DNA of 64,000 bases from Bacteroidota bacterium (lineage in GTDB: Bacteria > Bacteroidota > Bacteroidia > UKL13-3), in assembly GCA_027491085.1 (NCBI GenBank), contig JAIXWW010000011.1:433151-497150 (forward strand), given 5' to 3'. Below are positions 1 through 11,101 of the stretch, piece by piece. The position numbers and the translations under genes are program-made. Below the pieces are notes generated by a model that searched no databases, was not told the DNA's origin, and saw nothing but the letters and a program-made list of their open reading frames with translations. How positions within the stretch are numbered: position 1 is the first letter of the stretch; every line of letters starts with the position of its first letter.

Positions 1-12
1 GAGTTTGCAGTT

Positions 13-345
13 TTGTATAATTGTTTTTTGGTTTTTATGGTTGATGAAGGCTTTAATGAAATTAGCGGTTGTGGTATAGATAAATCGGTTAAATTGGTCA
101 AAGAAATAGAACAAGCCACAGGCTTAAATTTATTTGACAGACTAAAAATTCAAATACTAGAAAATCAAAATATTCATATTTTCTCAAAAACAGAAGCACT
201 TAAACGAATAGAGAACAATGAACTAAGCACAGAGGCAAAGGCGTTCAATAACCAAGTAAGTGTAAAATCGCAATTTGATGCTGAATGGATAATTAACATA
301 GAAAAAGCTTGGTTTTACCCAAAAACAAAATTACAATCAGTTTAA
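13..345 (+). CDS. hypothetical protein (may be 5'-truncated by the window edge)
   Basis: ORF in the track, same strand and immediately upstream of ftsH. No motif recognised. Confidence 0.3.
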   Translation: MYNCFLVFMVDEGFNEISGCGIDKSVKLVKEIEQATGLNLFDRLKIQILENQNIHIFSKTEALKRIENNELSTEAKAFNNQVSVKSQFDAEWIINIEKAWFYPKTKLQSV

Positions 346-422
346 AATACATTTTGCTAGGTCAAAACTATTTGTAGTTTTGAAAAAATATAAAAATTAA
401 TCAAAAATAAATAATACCTTAA

Positions 423-2501
423 ATGGCCGATATCAATTCAAACGATTTAAAACCTCAAAACGAAAACAATCCTAGTCCACGCAAAAACAGCAATTTGCCT
501 AAATTCAACTTTTATTGGATTTATGCCATTATAGCTATTGTAATGATTGGCTTGTTTTTCCTACCAAAAGATTTTGCACAAAAAACAACTTGGCTTTCGG
601 TAAGAAACAACATGATTTTAACCCACGATGTTGAAAAAATTATAGTGGTTAACAAAGAAAAAGCAGAAGTTTTTATCAAGAAAAACTCTCTTTCAAATAC
701 CAAGTACAAAGATGTAAAAGGCCAAGGAAGTTTTGGAGAAACAGGACCTCAATACTATTTTGAAATAGGCGATTTACAGCAATTTGAAAAAAACATGGAT
801 GAAGTGCAAAAAGACTTTGGCCAAAATGAAAAAATTGTTGTTGAATTTGCCAATACGCGCGAAACTTCTAACTTTTTAGTAAATTGGTTACCCATTTTAT
901 TATTAATTGGTTTTACTTTCTTTATGGTACGCAGAATGAGCGGTGGATCAGGCGGAGGAGGCGGAGCCCAAATATTTAATATTGGCAAAAGCCGCGCACA
1001 ACTGTATGACAAGGAAACCAATGTAAATATTACTTTTAAAGATGTAGCTGGTTTAGACGAAGCCAAGGAAGAAGTAATGGAAATTGTTGATTTCTTGAAA
1101 AATCCAAAAAAATATACGGTACTTGGAGGAAAAATCCCTAAAGGAGCCTTATTAATTGGTTCACCAGGAACAGGAAAAACATTATTAGCTAAAGCTGTAG
1201 CTGGCGAAGCTGGAGTTCCTTTCTTCTCTCTTTCAGGTTCCGATTTTGTGGAAATGTTTGTAGGAGTGGGTGCTAGCCGTGTTCGTGATTTATTCAAACA
1301 AGCCAAAGAAAAAGCTCCTTGTATTATTTTTATTGATGAAATTGATGCTGTTGGTCGTGCACGTGGTAAAAATGCCATGCAAGGTGCTAACGATGAGCGT
1401 GAAAATACCTTAAACCAATTGCTAACCGAAATGGATGGTTTTGGTACTGATATTGGAATCATCATTCTAGCTGCAACCAACCGTCCTGATATTTTAGATT
1501 CAGCTTTATTACGTCCAGGAAGATTTGATAGACAAATTTCAATTGACAAACCAGATTTAAAAGGCCGTGCTGCTATTTTTAGAGTGCATTTAAAACCTTT
1601 GAAATTAGCTGCTGATGTTGATGAAACTAAATTAGCTACTCAAACTGCAGGTTTTGCTGGTGCCGAAATTATGAATGTTTGTAACGAAGCAGCATTAATT
1701 GCAGCTCGTAGAAACAAAGAAATGGTTGACATGGCAGATTTTCAAGCGGCTGTAGACAGGGTTATTGGCGGTTTAGAAAAGAAAAACAAAGTAATTTCTG
1801 ACCACGAAAAACAAATAGTTGCCTATCACGAAGCAGGTCATGCCATTTCAGGCTGGTTCTTAGAACATGTTGATCCATTAGTTAAAGTAAGCATTGTTCC
1901 TCGTGGAGTTGCTGCTTTAGGTTATGCTCAGTATTTACCTAAAGACCAATATTTATACACTACAGAACAAATGATAAACATGATGTGTATGACCTTGGGA
2001 GGACGAGTAGCTGAAGATATCATTTTTAACCGCATAAGTACAGGTGCGCAAAACGATTTAGAACGTATTACCAAAATGGCTTACGCAATGGTAACCATTT
2101 ATGGCATGAATGAAAAAGTTGGAAATTTAAGCTTTAACGACCCAAATAACGAATATGGTTTTACTAAACCATATAGCGATAAAACAGCTGAGTTAATCGA
2201 TCAAGAGGTAAGAGCTCTAGTGGATTTGTGCTATCAAAAGACAAAGGCCTTATTAATTGAAAAGAAAGAACTTCTTGAAATTTTAGCTCAAGAATTATTG
2301 AAAAAAGAAATAATATTCCAAGCTGATTTAGAAGTAATATTAGGTAAACGTCCGTTTGAATACCGCAACCAAGAAATTGAAGCAATGGATGCTGAAAAAC
2401 TAAAATTAGACGAAGAGGCAAAAGAGTTAGCCGATAAGAAAACAGAAACTTCGGAAATTAAAGATACTTCAAGTGAATCAATAGCTGATTCCAATATTTA
2501 A
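423..2501 (+). CDS. ftsH: ATP-dependent zinc metalloprotease FtsH
   Basis: N-terminal TM segments, Gly-rich linker, AAA Walker A GSPGTGKT, Walker B IIFIDEID, second region of homology, and HEAGHA zinc-binding HEXXH motif. 692 aa. Confidence 0.95.
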   Translation: MADINSNDLKPQNENNPSPRKNSNLPKFNFYWIYAIIAIVMIGLFFLPKDFAQKTTWLSVRNNMILTHDVEKIIVVNKEKAEVFIKKNSLSNTKYKDVKGQGSFGETGPQYYFEIGDLQQFEKNMDEVQKDFGQNEKIVVEFANTRETSNFLVNWLPILLLIGFTFFMVRRMSGGSGGGGGAQIFNIGKSRAQLYDKETNVNITFKDVAGLDEAKEEVMEIVDFLKNPKKYTVLGGKIPKGALLIGSPGTGKTLLAKAVAGEAGVPFFSLSGSDFVEMFVGVGASRVRDLFKQAKEKAPCIIFIDEIDAVGRARGKNAMQGANDERENTLNQLLTEMDGFGTDIGIIILAATNRPDILDSALLRPGRFDRQISIDKPDLKGRAAIFRVHLKPLKLAADVDETKLATQTAGFAGAEIMNVCNEAALIAARRNKEMVDMADFQAAVDRVIGGLEKKNKVISDHEKQIVAYHEAGHAISGWFLEHVDPLVKVSIVPRGVAALGYAQYLPKDQYLYTTEQMINMMCMTLGGRVAEDIIFNRISTGAQNDLERITKMAYAMVTIYGMNEKVGNLSFNDPNNEYGFTKPYSDKTAELIDQEVRALVDLCYQKTKALLIEKKELLEILAQELLKKEIIFQADLEVILGKRPFEYRNQEIEAMDAEKLKLDEEAKELADKKTETSEIKDTSSESIADSNI

Positions 2502-2525
2502 TTTTAAGAAAAATAGCTATTTAAG

Positions 2526-2562
2526 ACAGCTTTGAAATTCGATTTCAGAGCTGTTTTTTTTA
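2526..2562 (+). terminator. rho-independent terminator after ftsH
   Basis: Near-perfect hairpin cagctttgaaat/atttcagagctg followed by a T8 run. Confidence 0.6.
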
Positions 2563-2785
2563 TTTATGGTAATTAGCAAGCTGATAAAATGCTAATTAAA
2601 GACTGCTTTTCAGAATTTTACATATTTTGGTAAAATATTATTTCTACATTTCAAAATTGAACTAAAAAACTATATTGCACGTTCAAAATTCAACCAATAG
2701 TCTATAGAATATACATTTTACTTAACACAAACTTTATTTTGTAATTAATTTAAAAGCAAGTTATTTGTTATAACAAAATGTATAG

Positions 2786-4093
2786 ATGAAAAAGCAAACA
2801 ATGTTAAATTTTAAAAAACTTAGTTTATTTGTTGCCGCAAGTTCAGTAATTACAACTGTATTTGGGCAAAAAACCATTACTACCGAAGACTTACAGAATG
2901 GTCAAAATTCAATTAGTACAGCTGTTCCTTTCTTGGGTATTTCGCCAGATGCTAGGGCTGCAGCATTAGGAGATGCTGGTGTGGCAATGCCTGATGACAT
3001 TAATGCGATGCATTGGAATTTAGCTAAAACTCCTTTCAATACTAAAAATGGAGCAGTAGCAATTTCATATACTCCTTGGCTACGTAATTTAGTGCCTGAT
3101 ATTTCATTGTCTTACTTAACTGCCTATTATAAACTCGACAAGCGTTCTGCAATTGCAGGTTCGTTGCGTTACTTTTCTTTAGGTCAAATTCAATTTACAG
3201 ATAATTATGGTTCGAGTACTGGTAATTTTACACCAAATGAATTTGCTATTGATTTAGGCTATGCCACTAAGTTAAACGAAAAATTTAGTTTAGGAGTAGC
3301 TTTTAGATATATTTATTCAAATTTAGCTGGTGGATTTAACCAATCCCAAACACCAATAGATGCAGGTGTTTCGTATGCAGGTGATATTAGTGCGTACTAT
3401 AAAGATAATACTACTTTTAAGGACAAAGCTAACGGTAAAAAATACAATGTAAACTATGGTTTTGGAGCTGTTATTTCAAACATTGGTTCTAAATTAACCT
3501 ACACCTCAGCTCAATATGAAAATTTTATTCCAATTAATTTGCGTTTAGGAGGTTATGCCAATGTTGACATTGACGAATACAACAGCGTAGCATTTATGTT
3601 AGATTTAAATAAGCTATTGGTTCCAACAAATCCTGTTTACCTTAGAAATTCAAAAAATACAGCAGATTCAGTTTTAGATAAAAGTAACCCTAAACCAATT
3701 ATCACGAAAGGTATAGATCCAAATGTACCTGTGGTACAAGGAATGATTCAATCATTTTATGATGCTCCCAATGGATTCAGTGAAGAAATGTCGGAAATTA
3801 ATATTTCTACTGGTTTAGAGTATTGGTATAATAAACAATTTGCTTTAAGGGGTGGTTATTTTCATGAACCGCTTACAAAAGGAAATCGCCAATATGCAAC
3901 ATTTGGTGTTGGATTACGCTATAATGTATTTGGTTTAGATGTAGCTTATTTATGGCCTTTCCAACAACGCCATCCTTTAGAAAACACTTTACGATTTACA
4001 CTAACATTTGACTTTGATGCATTTGTAGATCAAAAGGAAGAACCTAACAAGAAAAAAACAAAAGTAGTAGAAGAAGATGCTCCATCTGAATAA
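2786..4093 (+). CDS. outer-membrane beta-barrel protein (FadL/PorV-like candidate)
   Basis: Signal peptide, alternating amphipathic beta-strand character, aromatic C-terminal region. Family assignment not verifiable by eye. Confidence 0.45.
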   Translation: MKKQTMLNFKKLSLFVAASSVITTVFGQKTITTEDLQNGQNSISTAVPFLGISPDARAAALGDAGVAMPDDINAMHWNLAKTPFNTKNGAVAISYTPWLRNLVPDISLSYLTAYYKLDKRSAIAGSLRYFSLGQIQFTDNYGSSTGNFTPNEFAIDLGYATKLNEKFSLGVAFRYIYSNLAGGFNQSQTPIDAGVSYAGDISAYYKDNTTFKDKANGKKYNVNYGFGAVISNIGSKLTYTSAQYENFIPINLRLGGYANVDIDEYNSVAFMLDLNKLLVPTNPVYLRNSKNTADSVLDKSNPKPIITKGIDPNVPVVQGMIQSFYDAPNGFSEEMSEINISTGLEYWYNKQFALRGGYFHEPLTKGNRQYATFGVGLRYNVFGLDVAYLWPFQQRHPLENTLRFTLTFDFDAFVDQKEEPNKKKTKVVEEDAPSE

Positions 4094-4103
4094 TAAAAAT
4101 TAA

Positions 4104-4577
4104 ATGAGAATAGGGTTTGGGTTTGATGTGCATCAATTGCAAGAAGGTCGTGACTTTTGGTTAGGAGGTATTAAAATTCCTGCAGAAAAAGGTATATTAG
4201 GCCACAGTGATGCAGATGTGCTTTTACATGCCATTTGTGATGCCATATTGGGCTCTTTGGCCCTTGGGGATATTGGAAAACATTTTCCTGATACTGATAG
4301 TTCGTTCAAAGGAATTGATAGTAAACTATTGCTTTTAAAAGTAATGGAATTAATTACCAATAAAGGTTATAAAATAGGAAATATTGATACAACTGTAGTG
4401 TGCCAAAAACCTAAAATTATGCCTTACGCTGATGATATGAGAAGCTGTATTGCAAAAATTTGTAATATTGGGATAGATGACATCAGCATAAAAGCAACCA
4501 CTAATGAAACCATGGGCTTTATTGGTAGAGAAGAAGGAATAGTTGCCTACTCAGTAGTACTTTTACTACCTATTTAA
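4104..4577 (+). CDS. ispF: 2-C-methyl-D-erythritol 2,4-cyclodiphosphate synthase
   Basis: N-terminus MRIGFGFDVHQL and HSDADVLLHAICDAILG are typical of IspF. 157 aa. Confidence 0.9.
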   Translation: MRIGFGFDVHQLQEGRDFWLGGIKIPAEKGILGHSDADVLLHAICDAILGSLALGDIGKHFPDTDSSFKGIDSKLLLLKVMELITNKGYKIGNIDTTVVCQKPKIMPYADDMRSCIAKICNIGIDDISIKATTNETMGFIGREEGIVAYSVVLLLPI

Positions 4578-5593
4578 TTCCATACTTTTGTACCTTCAGT
4601 ACAATTAGTACATATATCAATTTCTTTTCTGCTTTTTAAAATGGCTTTTCTAAAGTTGTTGTATTGTTGGCCAGTCCAAACACTTTTAAAACTTTGTTTA
4701 GTAATATTTCCAAAGCGATGAGTTGCGTCTTTATCAAAACAACAAGGAACAACTAAACCGTCCCAAGTAATCACACTTCCTCTCCACATTCTCCAGCATT
4801 GATTTAACAATTTATTTTTTATTTGATACCCAGATTCAGTTTTTGAATACCTGCTCAAATCTTCGTTTTCTGGAATAAATTCGTTGCTTGTTTGATAATC
4901 ATAAATTTGAGCTGTTTTTATTCCAAGTTCATCCACACCTATTTCTTTGGCTAGTTTCTTAATTTCAGGAATTTGATGCTCATTGTGCTTGAAAGCAATA
5001 AATTGCCATATAATATGCGGTGTTTGAATGCCCAGTTCCTTTTTCCATTTTAAAAGATTTTCAGTACCTTCAATCACTTTATTCAATTGTCCACCTTTTC
5101 TGTATTTACTGTAAGTTTCTTGATTGGTTCCGTCAATTGAAATTATTAATCTGTCTAAACCCGACTCAACAGTAGCTTTCGCCATTTCATCAGTAAAATA
5201 GTGTGCATTACTACTTGTGGCAGTATACAAATTTTTGGACGCTGCATACTTTACAAACTCTAGAAAACTTTTGTTTAAAAAAGGTTCACCTTGAAAATAC
5301 AAAATAAGCCATACTAGTTCGGGGTGTAATTCATCTATAATTTTTTTATACAGATCTAGATCTAACATGCCTGTATCACGAGTAAATTCTCTTAACCCAC
5401 TTGGACATTGGGGGCAACGAAGATTACAACTGGTAGTTGGTTCTATTTCCATACTTAGTGGCATACCCCACTGTATGGGTTTTTTAATGGTTTTTGAAAT
5501 ATAATAGCTGCTAAATAATTTAGCCGCATTTAATATGCGCCTGCTATTTAACTTGGAAAATAAGTTTAAACCATCCTTTAAATTTCTATTCAT
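4574..5593 (-). CDS. radical SAM protein with C-terminal SPASM-like Cys-rich domain
   Basis: CNLRCPQC (CxxxCxxC) near the N-terminus. C-terminal cluster CWRMW...CCFD...CTNC. Its 3' end overlaps ispF by 4 nt (convergent). Confidence 0.75.
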   Translation of the reverse strand: MNRNLKDGLNLFSKLNSRRILNAAKLFSSYYISKTIKKPIQWGMPLSMEIEPTTSCNLRCPQCPSGLREFTRDTGMLDLDLYKKIIDELHPELVWLILYFQGEPFLNKSFLEFVKYAASKNLYTATSSNAHYFTDEMAKATVESGLDRLIISIDGTNQETYSKYRKGGQLNKVIEGTENLLKWKKELGIQTPHIIWQFIAFKHNEHQIPEIKKLAKEIGVDELGIKTAQIYDYQTSNEFIPENEDLSRYSKTESGYQIKNKLLNQCWRMWRGSVITWDGLVVPCCFDKDATHRFGNITKQSFKSVWTGQQYNNFRKAILKSRKEIDICTNCTEGTKVWN

Positions 5594-5683
5594 GTATTAT
5601 TTCAAAAAACGACATAATTTTATTGCCAAACAAGTACTATTAATGGAATGTTGGAAAGAGGTATCAATTAAGGTTTAAGTAAT

Positions 5684-7051
5684 TTAACCGAATAAAAAAC
5701 TAAGCATTTCCTCTATCTTCCCTACTTCTATAATTTTTATTGATAAGCCTTTAGGAAGCTTATTAAATTTTGATAAATAAATAGTGGTAAAACCCAGTTT
5801 TTCAGCCTCACTCAAACGTTGTTCAATTCTATTAACAGCTCTAATTTCTCCGCTTAAGCCAACCTCTCCTACAAAACATATTTTACTATCAATGGCTATG
5901 TTTTCGTAGCTTGAAACAATAGCCGCTATAATGCTTAAATCAATTCCAGGATCTTCTACTCTTAAGCCACCAGCTATATTGATAAAAACATCTTGCATAC
6001 CCATTCGTAAACCACATTTCTTTTCTAAAATAGCCAAAAGCATGTTCAAACGTTTGGTATCGTAACCATTGCTATTACGCTGAGGTGTACCATAAACTGC
6101 TTGGCTTACCAATGCTTGCGTTTCAATGAGTAATGGACGCATGCCTTCAATGGTTGCGGCAATGGTCACCCCACTCAAGGCTTCATCACGCTGACTAATT
6201 AGTATTTCAGAAGGATTTGAAACTTCTCGCAAACCGCCATTTTGCATTTCATAAATTCCAATTTCACTCGTGCTCCCAAAGCGATTTTTAGTAGTTCTTA
6301 ATATTCGATAAACATGGTGACGGTCGCCTTCAAATTGTAAAACAGTATCTACCATATGTTCCAACAGTTTGGGACCCGCTATCGTTCCATCTTTGGTAAT
6401 ATGGCCAATTAAAAAAACTGGAGTTCCTGTTTCTTTTGCAAAACGAATCATATCACTTGCAGTTTCTTTTACTTGTGAAATACTGCCAGGAGTTGCATCT
6501 ATTAATTCACTTTGGAGTGTTTGAATAGAATCAACAATGACAATATCAGGTTGTAATTCTTGGAAAGCTTTACCTATTTTTTGGGTAGAGGTTTCGGTAA
6601 ATAAATAACAATTATCGTTTTTATAAGGTAAGCGCTCAGCACGCATTTTTATTTGAGTATCGCTTTCCTCACCACTAATATAAAGTACTTTTAAGTCTTT
6701 AAATTGCAAGGCTATTTGCAATAATAAAGTTGATTTTCCAATGCCTGGTTCACCACCAATTAAAATTACAGAGCCTGGTACCAATCCACCACCCAAAACC
6801 CTGCTAAATTCTCCATCCTTTAAAACAAGTCTTATATCATTTTTTTGTTCAACTTGATTAATTAGAACAGGCTTTAAAGCTCGTTGTGCATTACTCGTTT
6901 CTTTCCAGGTACTTTTATAATCAACTTTTTCTTTATGAATCACTTCTTCAACATAAGTGTTCCATTCACCACAACTATTGCACTTACCTACCCATTTGCT
7001 CGAAGAAGCACCGCAGTTTTTACAAAAAAAAGATGTTGAAGTTTTTGCCAT
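5684..7051 (-). CDS. radA: DNA repair protein RadA/Sms
   Basis: N-terminal C4 zinc finger CKNCG...CNSCGEW, RecA-like Walker A GEPGIGKST, Lon-like C-terminal domain. 455 aa. Confidence 0.9.
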   Translation of the reverse strand: MAKTSTSFFCKNCGASSSKWVGKCNSCGEWNTYVEEVIHKEKVDYKSTWKETSNAQRALKPVLINQVEQKNDIRLVLKDGEFSRVLGGGLVPGSVILIGGEPGIGKSTLLLQIALQFKDLKVLYISGEESDTQIKMRAERLPYKNDNCYLFTETSTQKIGKAFQELQPDIVIVDSIQTLQSELIDATPGSISQVKETASDMIRFAKETGTPVFLIGHITKDGTIAGPKLLEHMVDTVLQFEGDRHHVYRILRTTKNRFGSTSEIGIYEMQNGGLREVSNPSEILISQRDEALSGVTIAATIEGMRPLLIETQALVSQAVYGTPQRNSNGYDTKRLNMLLAILEKKCGLRMGMQDVFINIAGGLRVEDPGIDLSIIAAIVSSYENIAIDSKICFVGEVGLSGEIRAVNRIEQRLSEAEKLGFTTIYLSKFNKLPKGLSIKIIEVGKIEEMLSFLFG

Positions 7052-7222
7052 TATTAATTTACTAAAATTGTTTTTAATTAAATGGTATGCTTTTTAAAGG
7101 GAATTGTTTTTTACAATTACCACAAAATAATTCCTTTCAATTAAGATTTAGCTTGTAAAAATAAAATAAATATATTTGTTTTTTATTTTTATAAAATACA
7201 TTCTATAAATTAACACATTATT

Positions 7223-9667
7223 ATGCTGAGATATAAGACAAAATTTATTTATTTATTAATAATGCTCCTTTCAACTTTTATGCACTTAAAGGCTCAGGTA
7301 GAGAGTGAAAAAGATAGTTTAGAATCATTATTACCATATGCTAAAGATAATCAACGAGCAGATATTTATATTGGATTAGCAGAAGCAATTAAACAAAATG
7401 ACACTTTAAATGCCATTAATTATGCAAAACAAGCTTTAAAAATATCCAATTCATTAAGTTATGATAAAGGTATAGCCGGTGCTAATATCATATTAGGTTA
7501 TATTGACCGAAACAATGGGAACTATAAAAATGCAAAAATAAGGTACTTGTTTGCAGTATCCTATGCATTAAAATCAAAGGATTTAAATACGATTGCTTGG
7601 GCATATCAAAACATGGGTAATTTGTATTATATACAATCGGATTATCCCAAAGCTATGCGCTACTATTTAGGGGCTTTAAAAAAGGGTGAAGAGGCTGGCA
7701 ATTTAAAGAGAATTGCATTAGCATCTAACCAAATTGGTTCATTATACTCAAGTATAAATGACACAGATAGAGCTGCTTTTTTTTATCAAAAGGCCTTCAA
7801 TATATTAAAAGATTTAGGAGACGAAATTGCATATGCTCGCATATCCACAAATTTAGGGAATATTTATAAAAGTAAAGGTGAGTTTATTAGGGCTTTATAT
7901 CATTACAACCAAAGTTTAGAAGTTTTTAGAAGAAATAAACTTCTTACAGATATATCAGCTGTTTTGAACAATGTTGGTACAATTTATTTGGCTCAAAAAA
8001 ATATTAAAAAGGCGTTCCCTTTTATTGCAGAATCATACCTAATAGATCTACAATCAAAAGACATGCTAGCAGTTGCCATTTCTTCGATGAACTTATCGAG
8101 CTATTATTTTGAAACTAAGAAAATTGATAGTGCCATTTTTTATGGGGAAATTTCATTGAATACGGCAAAAAACAACAACTTTGGACTTGAATACACTGAG
8201 GCCTGTTTGCAATTAAGTAAAATTTACAATTCAAAAGGAAATAAAGAAAGGGCTTTTTATTATTTAAATGAAAGCAATAATTCGCAAGTGCTAAGTGCAA
8301 ACAAAGGTGCAGAAATAGAGGGCGTAAGATCGGATTTTGAAAAGGCAAAAAAAGATGAAGTATTAAATAAACTTGATGCCGAAAATAAAGAAAGTAAAAG
8401 TACAGCTATAGAAAGTAAATTAAATTCACAAAAAAAGAATGTTTTATTGCTAGTTTTGGTATGTGTTATTGTATTTTTAATATTAATAAGTATTTTATTC
8501 TTCTACTTTTTAACACAAAAGAAAAAAACTAAAAATTTAGAAATTACATCTGCATCTAAAAGCAATATCCTGAATAGAATAAATCATGAATTAAGAACCC
8601 CATTAAATTCCTTAATTAATTACAGCTATTTGGCCAATGAAAGTAAAAATCTATCTGAACTAAGGGAATACCTTTCAGGTATCAATGCATCGAGCAATGA
8701 CTTGTTATTTAGTATGAATAATATTGTAAGTTATTTACAAATTGATGCAAAGAATGATTTAGTTTTTGAAGAGCATTTTGATTTCTTAGAGGTGTTAAAA
8801 TCAATATTTAGTACATTTCAAATCCAATGCAATCAAAAAGGAATTTTATTTTCACAGTTAGTTTCACCAGAATTACCAAGGTATTTGAAAGCTGATAAAA
8901 CGAAAATTACCACAATAATTCAAAATTTATTAAACAATGCACTTAAATTCAGTGAAAATGGTGTCATTAAAATTGAAATCAAACATCTTAACCAAGATAA
9001 AATTCAAAACTATACTAAGTGCTCCATTTTAATTTCGGTTACTGATGAAGGAAAGGGCCTTAATGGTAAAACTTTAAAGGATTTAATATTAAATACTAAA
9101 AAAGAAAATAATAACGGCTTTGGGCTTGGGTTATTCATTGTAAAAAAATATGTTGAAAAACTTAACGGTTCTTTTGAATTAACTAATAATGATACAATAG
9201 GCTGCAATGCAATTGTTAAATTTGAGTCTACTATTGACAACAAAGAAGATAATGAGGACACTATCTCTAGTTTAAACAAAATTAAGCTAAGTAAAAATTT
9301 ATCCATTTTATTGGTTGAAGACGACTTAACAAATAGTTATACTTTACAAAAAATATTAGAGCGTAAAGGATATAATGTAATTTGTGTAGATAAAGGAAAG
9401 GATGCTTTTACTGAATTGCTAAAAACATCCATTGATATTGTTCTAATTGATTTAGGTTTACCTGATATGAGTGGATTAGAAGTAGCTAAATGTATTAGGC
9501 TAGGAGGAGAATTCTCTCTAGAAAAAGACATTCCAATTATTGCTTTATCAGCCAATGCGGACCCAATAGAAATGCAAGATTGCGTAAAAATTGGAATTAA
9601 TGAATACCTAACCAAACCAATAAATAAAGAGTTGTTGATTAATAAAATGTACGAATTAGTTAAATAA
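7223..9667 (+). CDS. hybrid sensor histidine kinase/response regulator with periplasmic TPR repeats
   Basis: Signal peptide, TPR-like repeats, one TM helix, H-box NHELRTPLNSL, HATPase G-box GFGLGLFIV, C-terminal receiver domain (LLVEDD...DIVLIDLGLPDMSG...KP). Confidence 0.85.
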   Translation: MLRYKTKFIYLLIMLLSTFMHLKAQVESEKDSLESLLPYAKDNQRADIYIGLAEAIKQNDTLNAINYAKQALKISNSLSYDKGIAGANIILGYIDRNNGNYKNAKIRYLFAVSYALKSKDLNTIAWAYQNMGNLYYIQSDYPKAMRYYLGALKKGEEAGNLKRIALASNQIGSLYSSINDTDRAAFFYQKAFNILKDLGDEIAYARISTNLGNIYKSKGEFIRALYHYNQSLEVFRRNKLLTDISAVLNNVGTIYLAQKNIKKAFPFIAESYLIDLQSKDMLAVAISSMNLSSYYFETKKIDSAIFYGEISLNTAKNNNFGLEYTEACLQLSKIYNSKGNKERAFYYLNESNNSQVLSANKGAEIEGVRSDFEKAKKDEVLNKLDAENKESKSTAIESKLNSQKKNVLLLVLVCVIVFLILISILFFYFLTQKKKTKNLEITSASKSNILNRINHELRTPLNSLINYSYLANESKNLSELREYLSGINASSNDLLFSMNNIVSYLQIDAKNDLVFEEHFDFLEVLKSIFSTFQIQCNQKGILFSQLVSPELPRYLKADKTKITTIIQNLLNNALKFSENGVIKIEIKHLNQDKIQNYTKCSILISVTDEGKGLNGKTLKDLILNTKKENNNGFGLGLFIVKKYVEKLNGSFELTNNDTIGCNAIVKFESTIDNKEDNEDTISSLNKIKLSKNLSILLVEDDLTNSYTLQKILERKGYNVICVDKGKDAFTELLKTSIDIVLIDLGLPDMSGLEVAKCIRLGGEFSLEKDIPIIALSANADPIEMQDCVKIGINEYLTKPINKELLINKMYELVK

Positions 9668-9831
9668 AGCTGTTATATCAATTCATGATTTTAATTTTTT
9701 TTGCACAAAAAAGCTTTAAAACCAATTTATTATAAATTTTACAAAACCAATAAAAATATTTAGTGGCTTATAAAAACGCTAGTTTTATTTAAATAAAATA
9801 GCATATTTGCCACACTTTTAAAAAAATAAAA

Positions 9832-10716
9832 ATGGCAGTTTTAGTTAATAACGATTCAAAAGTAATTGTTCAAGGATTTACAGGTAGCGAAGGAACTTTC
9901 CACGCCCAACAAATGATAGAATACGGAACCAACGTTGTTGGTGGTGTTACTCCCGGTAAAGGTGGTCAAACTCATTTAGATAGACCTGTATTTAATACAG
10001 TTAAAGATGCTGTAGAAAAAGCAAGTGCTAATACATCAATTATATTTGTGCCACCAGCTTTTGCTGCTGATGCAATTATGGAAGCAGCTGATGCTGGAAT
10101 TAAAGTAATTATTTGTATTACTGAAGGTATTCCGGTAGCTGATATGATTCCAGTAAAAGAATATATCAAATCGCGCGGTTGTACTTTAATTGGTCCAAAC
10201 TGCCCAGGAGTTATCACTCCAGGACAAGCAAAAGTTGGTATTATGCCGGGTTTTGTTTTCAAATCGGGTAGAGTTGGTATTGTTTCTAAATCTGGTACTT
10301 TAACATACGAAGCAGCTGACCAAATTGTAAAAGCTGGTTTAGGTATTTCTACTGCTATTGGTATTGGTGGTGATCCAATTATTGGAACTCCAACTAAAGA
10401 TGCAGTTGAATTATTAATGAACGATCCTGAAACTGATGCCATTATTATGATTGGTGAAATTGGTGGAAGTTACGAAGCTGATGCTGCACGTTGGATTAAA
10501 GCTAATGGTAATAAAAAACCAGTAGTGGGTTTTATAGCTGGACAAACTGCTCCTGCTGGCCGTAGAATGGGTCATGCTGGTGCAATTGTTGGTGGACATG
10601 ATGATACAGCTGCTGCTAAAATGAAAATTATGGCAGAATGTGGTGTTCATGTTGTTGATTCTCCAGCAGAAATTGGTTCAAAAATGGCTGAAGTATTAGG
10701 CTTAAAAGCTAACTAA
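9832..10716 (+). CDS. sucD: succinate--CoA ligase subunit alpha
   Basis: [24 protein letters not shown]...GVTPGKGG is typical of SucD. 294 aa. Confidence 0.95.
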   Translation: MAVLVNNDSKVIVQGFTGSEGTFHAQQMIEYGTNVVGGVTPGKGGQTHLDRPVFNTVKDAVEKASANTSIIFVPPAFAADAIMEAADAGIKVIICITEGIPVADMIPVKEYIKSRGCTLIGPNCPGVITPGQAKVGIMPGFVFKSGRVGIVSKSGTLTYEAADQIVKAGLGISTAIGIGGDPIIGTPTKDAVELLMNDPETDAIIMIGEIGGSYEADAARWIKANGNKKPVVGFIAGQTAPAGRRMGHAGAIVGGHDDTAAAKMKIMAECGVHVVDSPAEIGSKMAEVLGLKAN

Positions 10717-10738
10717 TACATCCTAAAATATTAATAAA

Positions 10739-10774
10739 AAGAAAAGCTAATTCAATATTAGCTTTTCTTTTTTA
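10739..10774 (+). terminator. rho-independent terminator after sucD
   Basis: Perfect hairpin aaagaaaagctaat/attagcttttcttt followed by a T-run. Confidence 0.65.
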
Positions 10775-10809
10775 GGCCTCATAGTTCAATGGATAGAATA
10801 GATGTTTCC
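10775..10809 (+). repeat. 35-nt partial copy of the tRNA-Arg(CCT) 5' half (island left boundary, att-like)
   Basis: Exact 35/35 identity with 33861-33895. Identity stops inside the anticodon loop. Confidence 0.8.
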
Positions 10810-11101
10810 CATTTTTTCACTTTTTCCAGGTTATAACATCCTGATTACCTGTATTCTACATTTATTTTTCAATATTTCAGTGCAAGTTCAGCGTGCAAGA
10901 GTGAAGATTTTCAATGGATTTTTACCCCCCTACTTTGCGTCTTGAGATAGTATGTTGGAGCAATAAAAAACTCCCTGCTTTTGAAACAAGGAGTTCAACT
11001 CTCTCTAACTAATAATTTTAAAATGGTTAAATCCGAAATTCACCTAAATTAGGCTAAGAATGTTGGATTGACTTTGGCTTGTAAATTATTGTCAGAAAAA
11101 A

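Noticed and set aside
13-345. Considered calling the first ORF rsfS (iojap), which often precedes ftsH
   Set aside because: The sequence does not resemble the RsfS motifs I recall. Left as hypothetical.
521-2494. Antisense ORFs inside ftsH (521-709, 755-1549, 2164-2421, 2288-2494, minus strand)
   Set aside because: They are fully embedded opposite a strongly supported CDS, with low-complexity or proline-rich translations. Treated as frame shadows.
2786-4093. Specific call as T9SS PorV
   Set aside because: Only general OM beta-barrel features are visible. No adjacent porU. Kept as a generic OM barrel protein.
8115-10650. Antisense ORFs inside the hybrid kinase and sucD (8115-8348, 9010-9306, 9337-9615, 9972-10442, 10414-10650)
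   Set aside because: Opposite-strand shadows of well-supported genes with no motifs.
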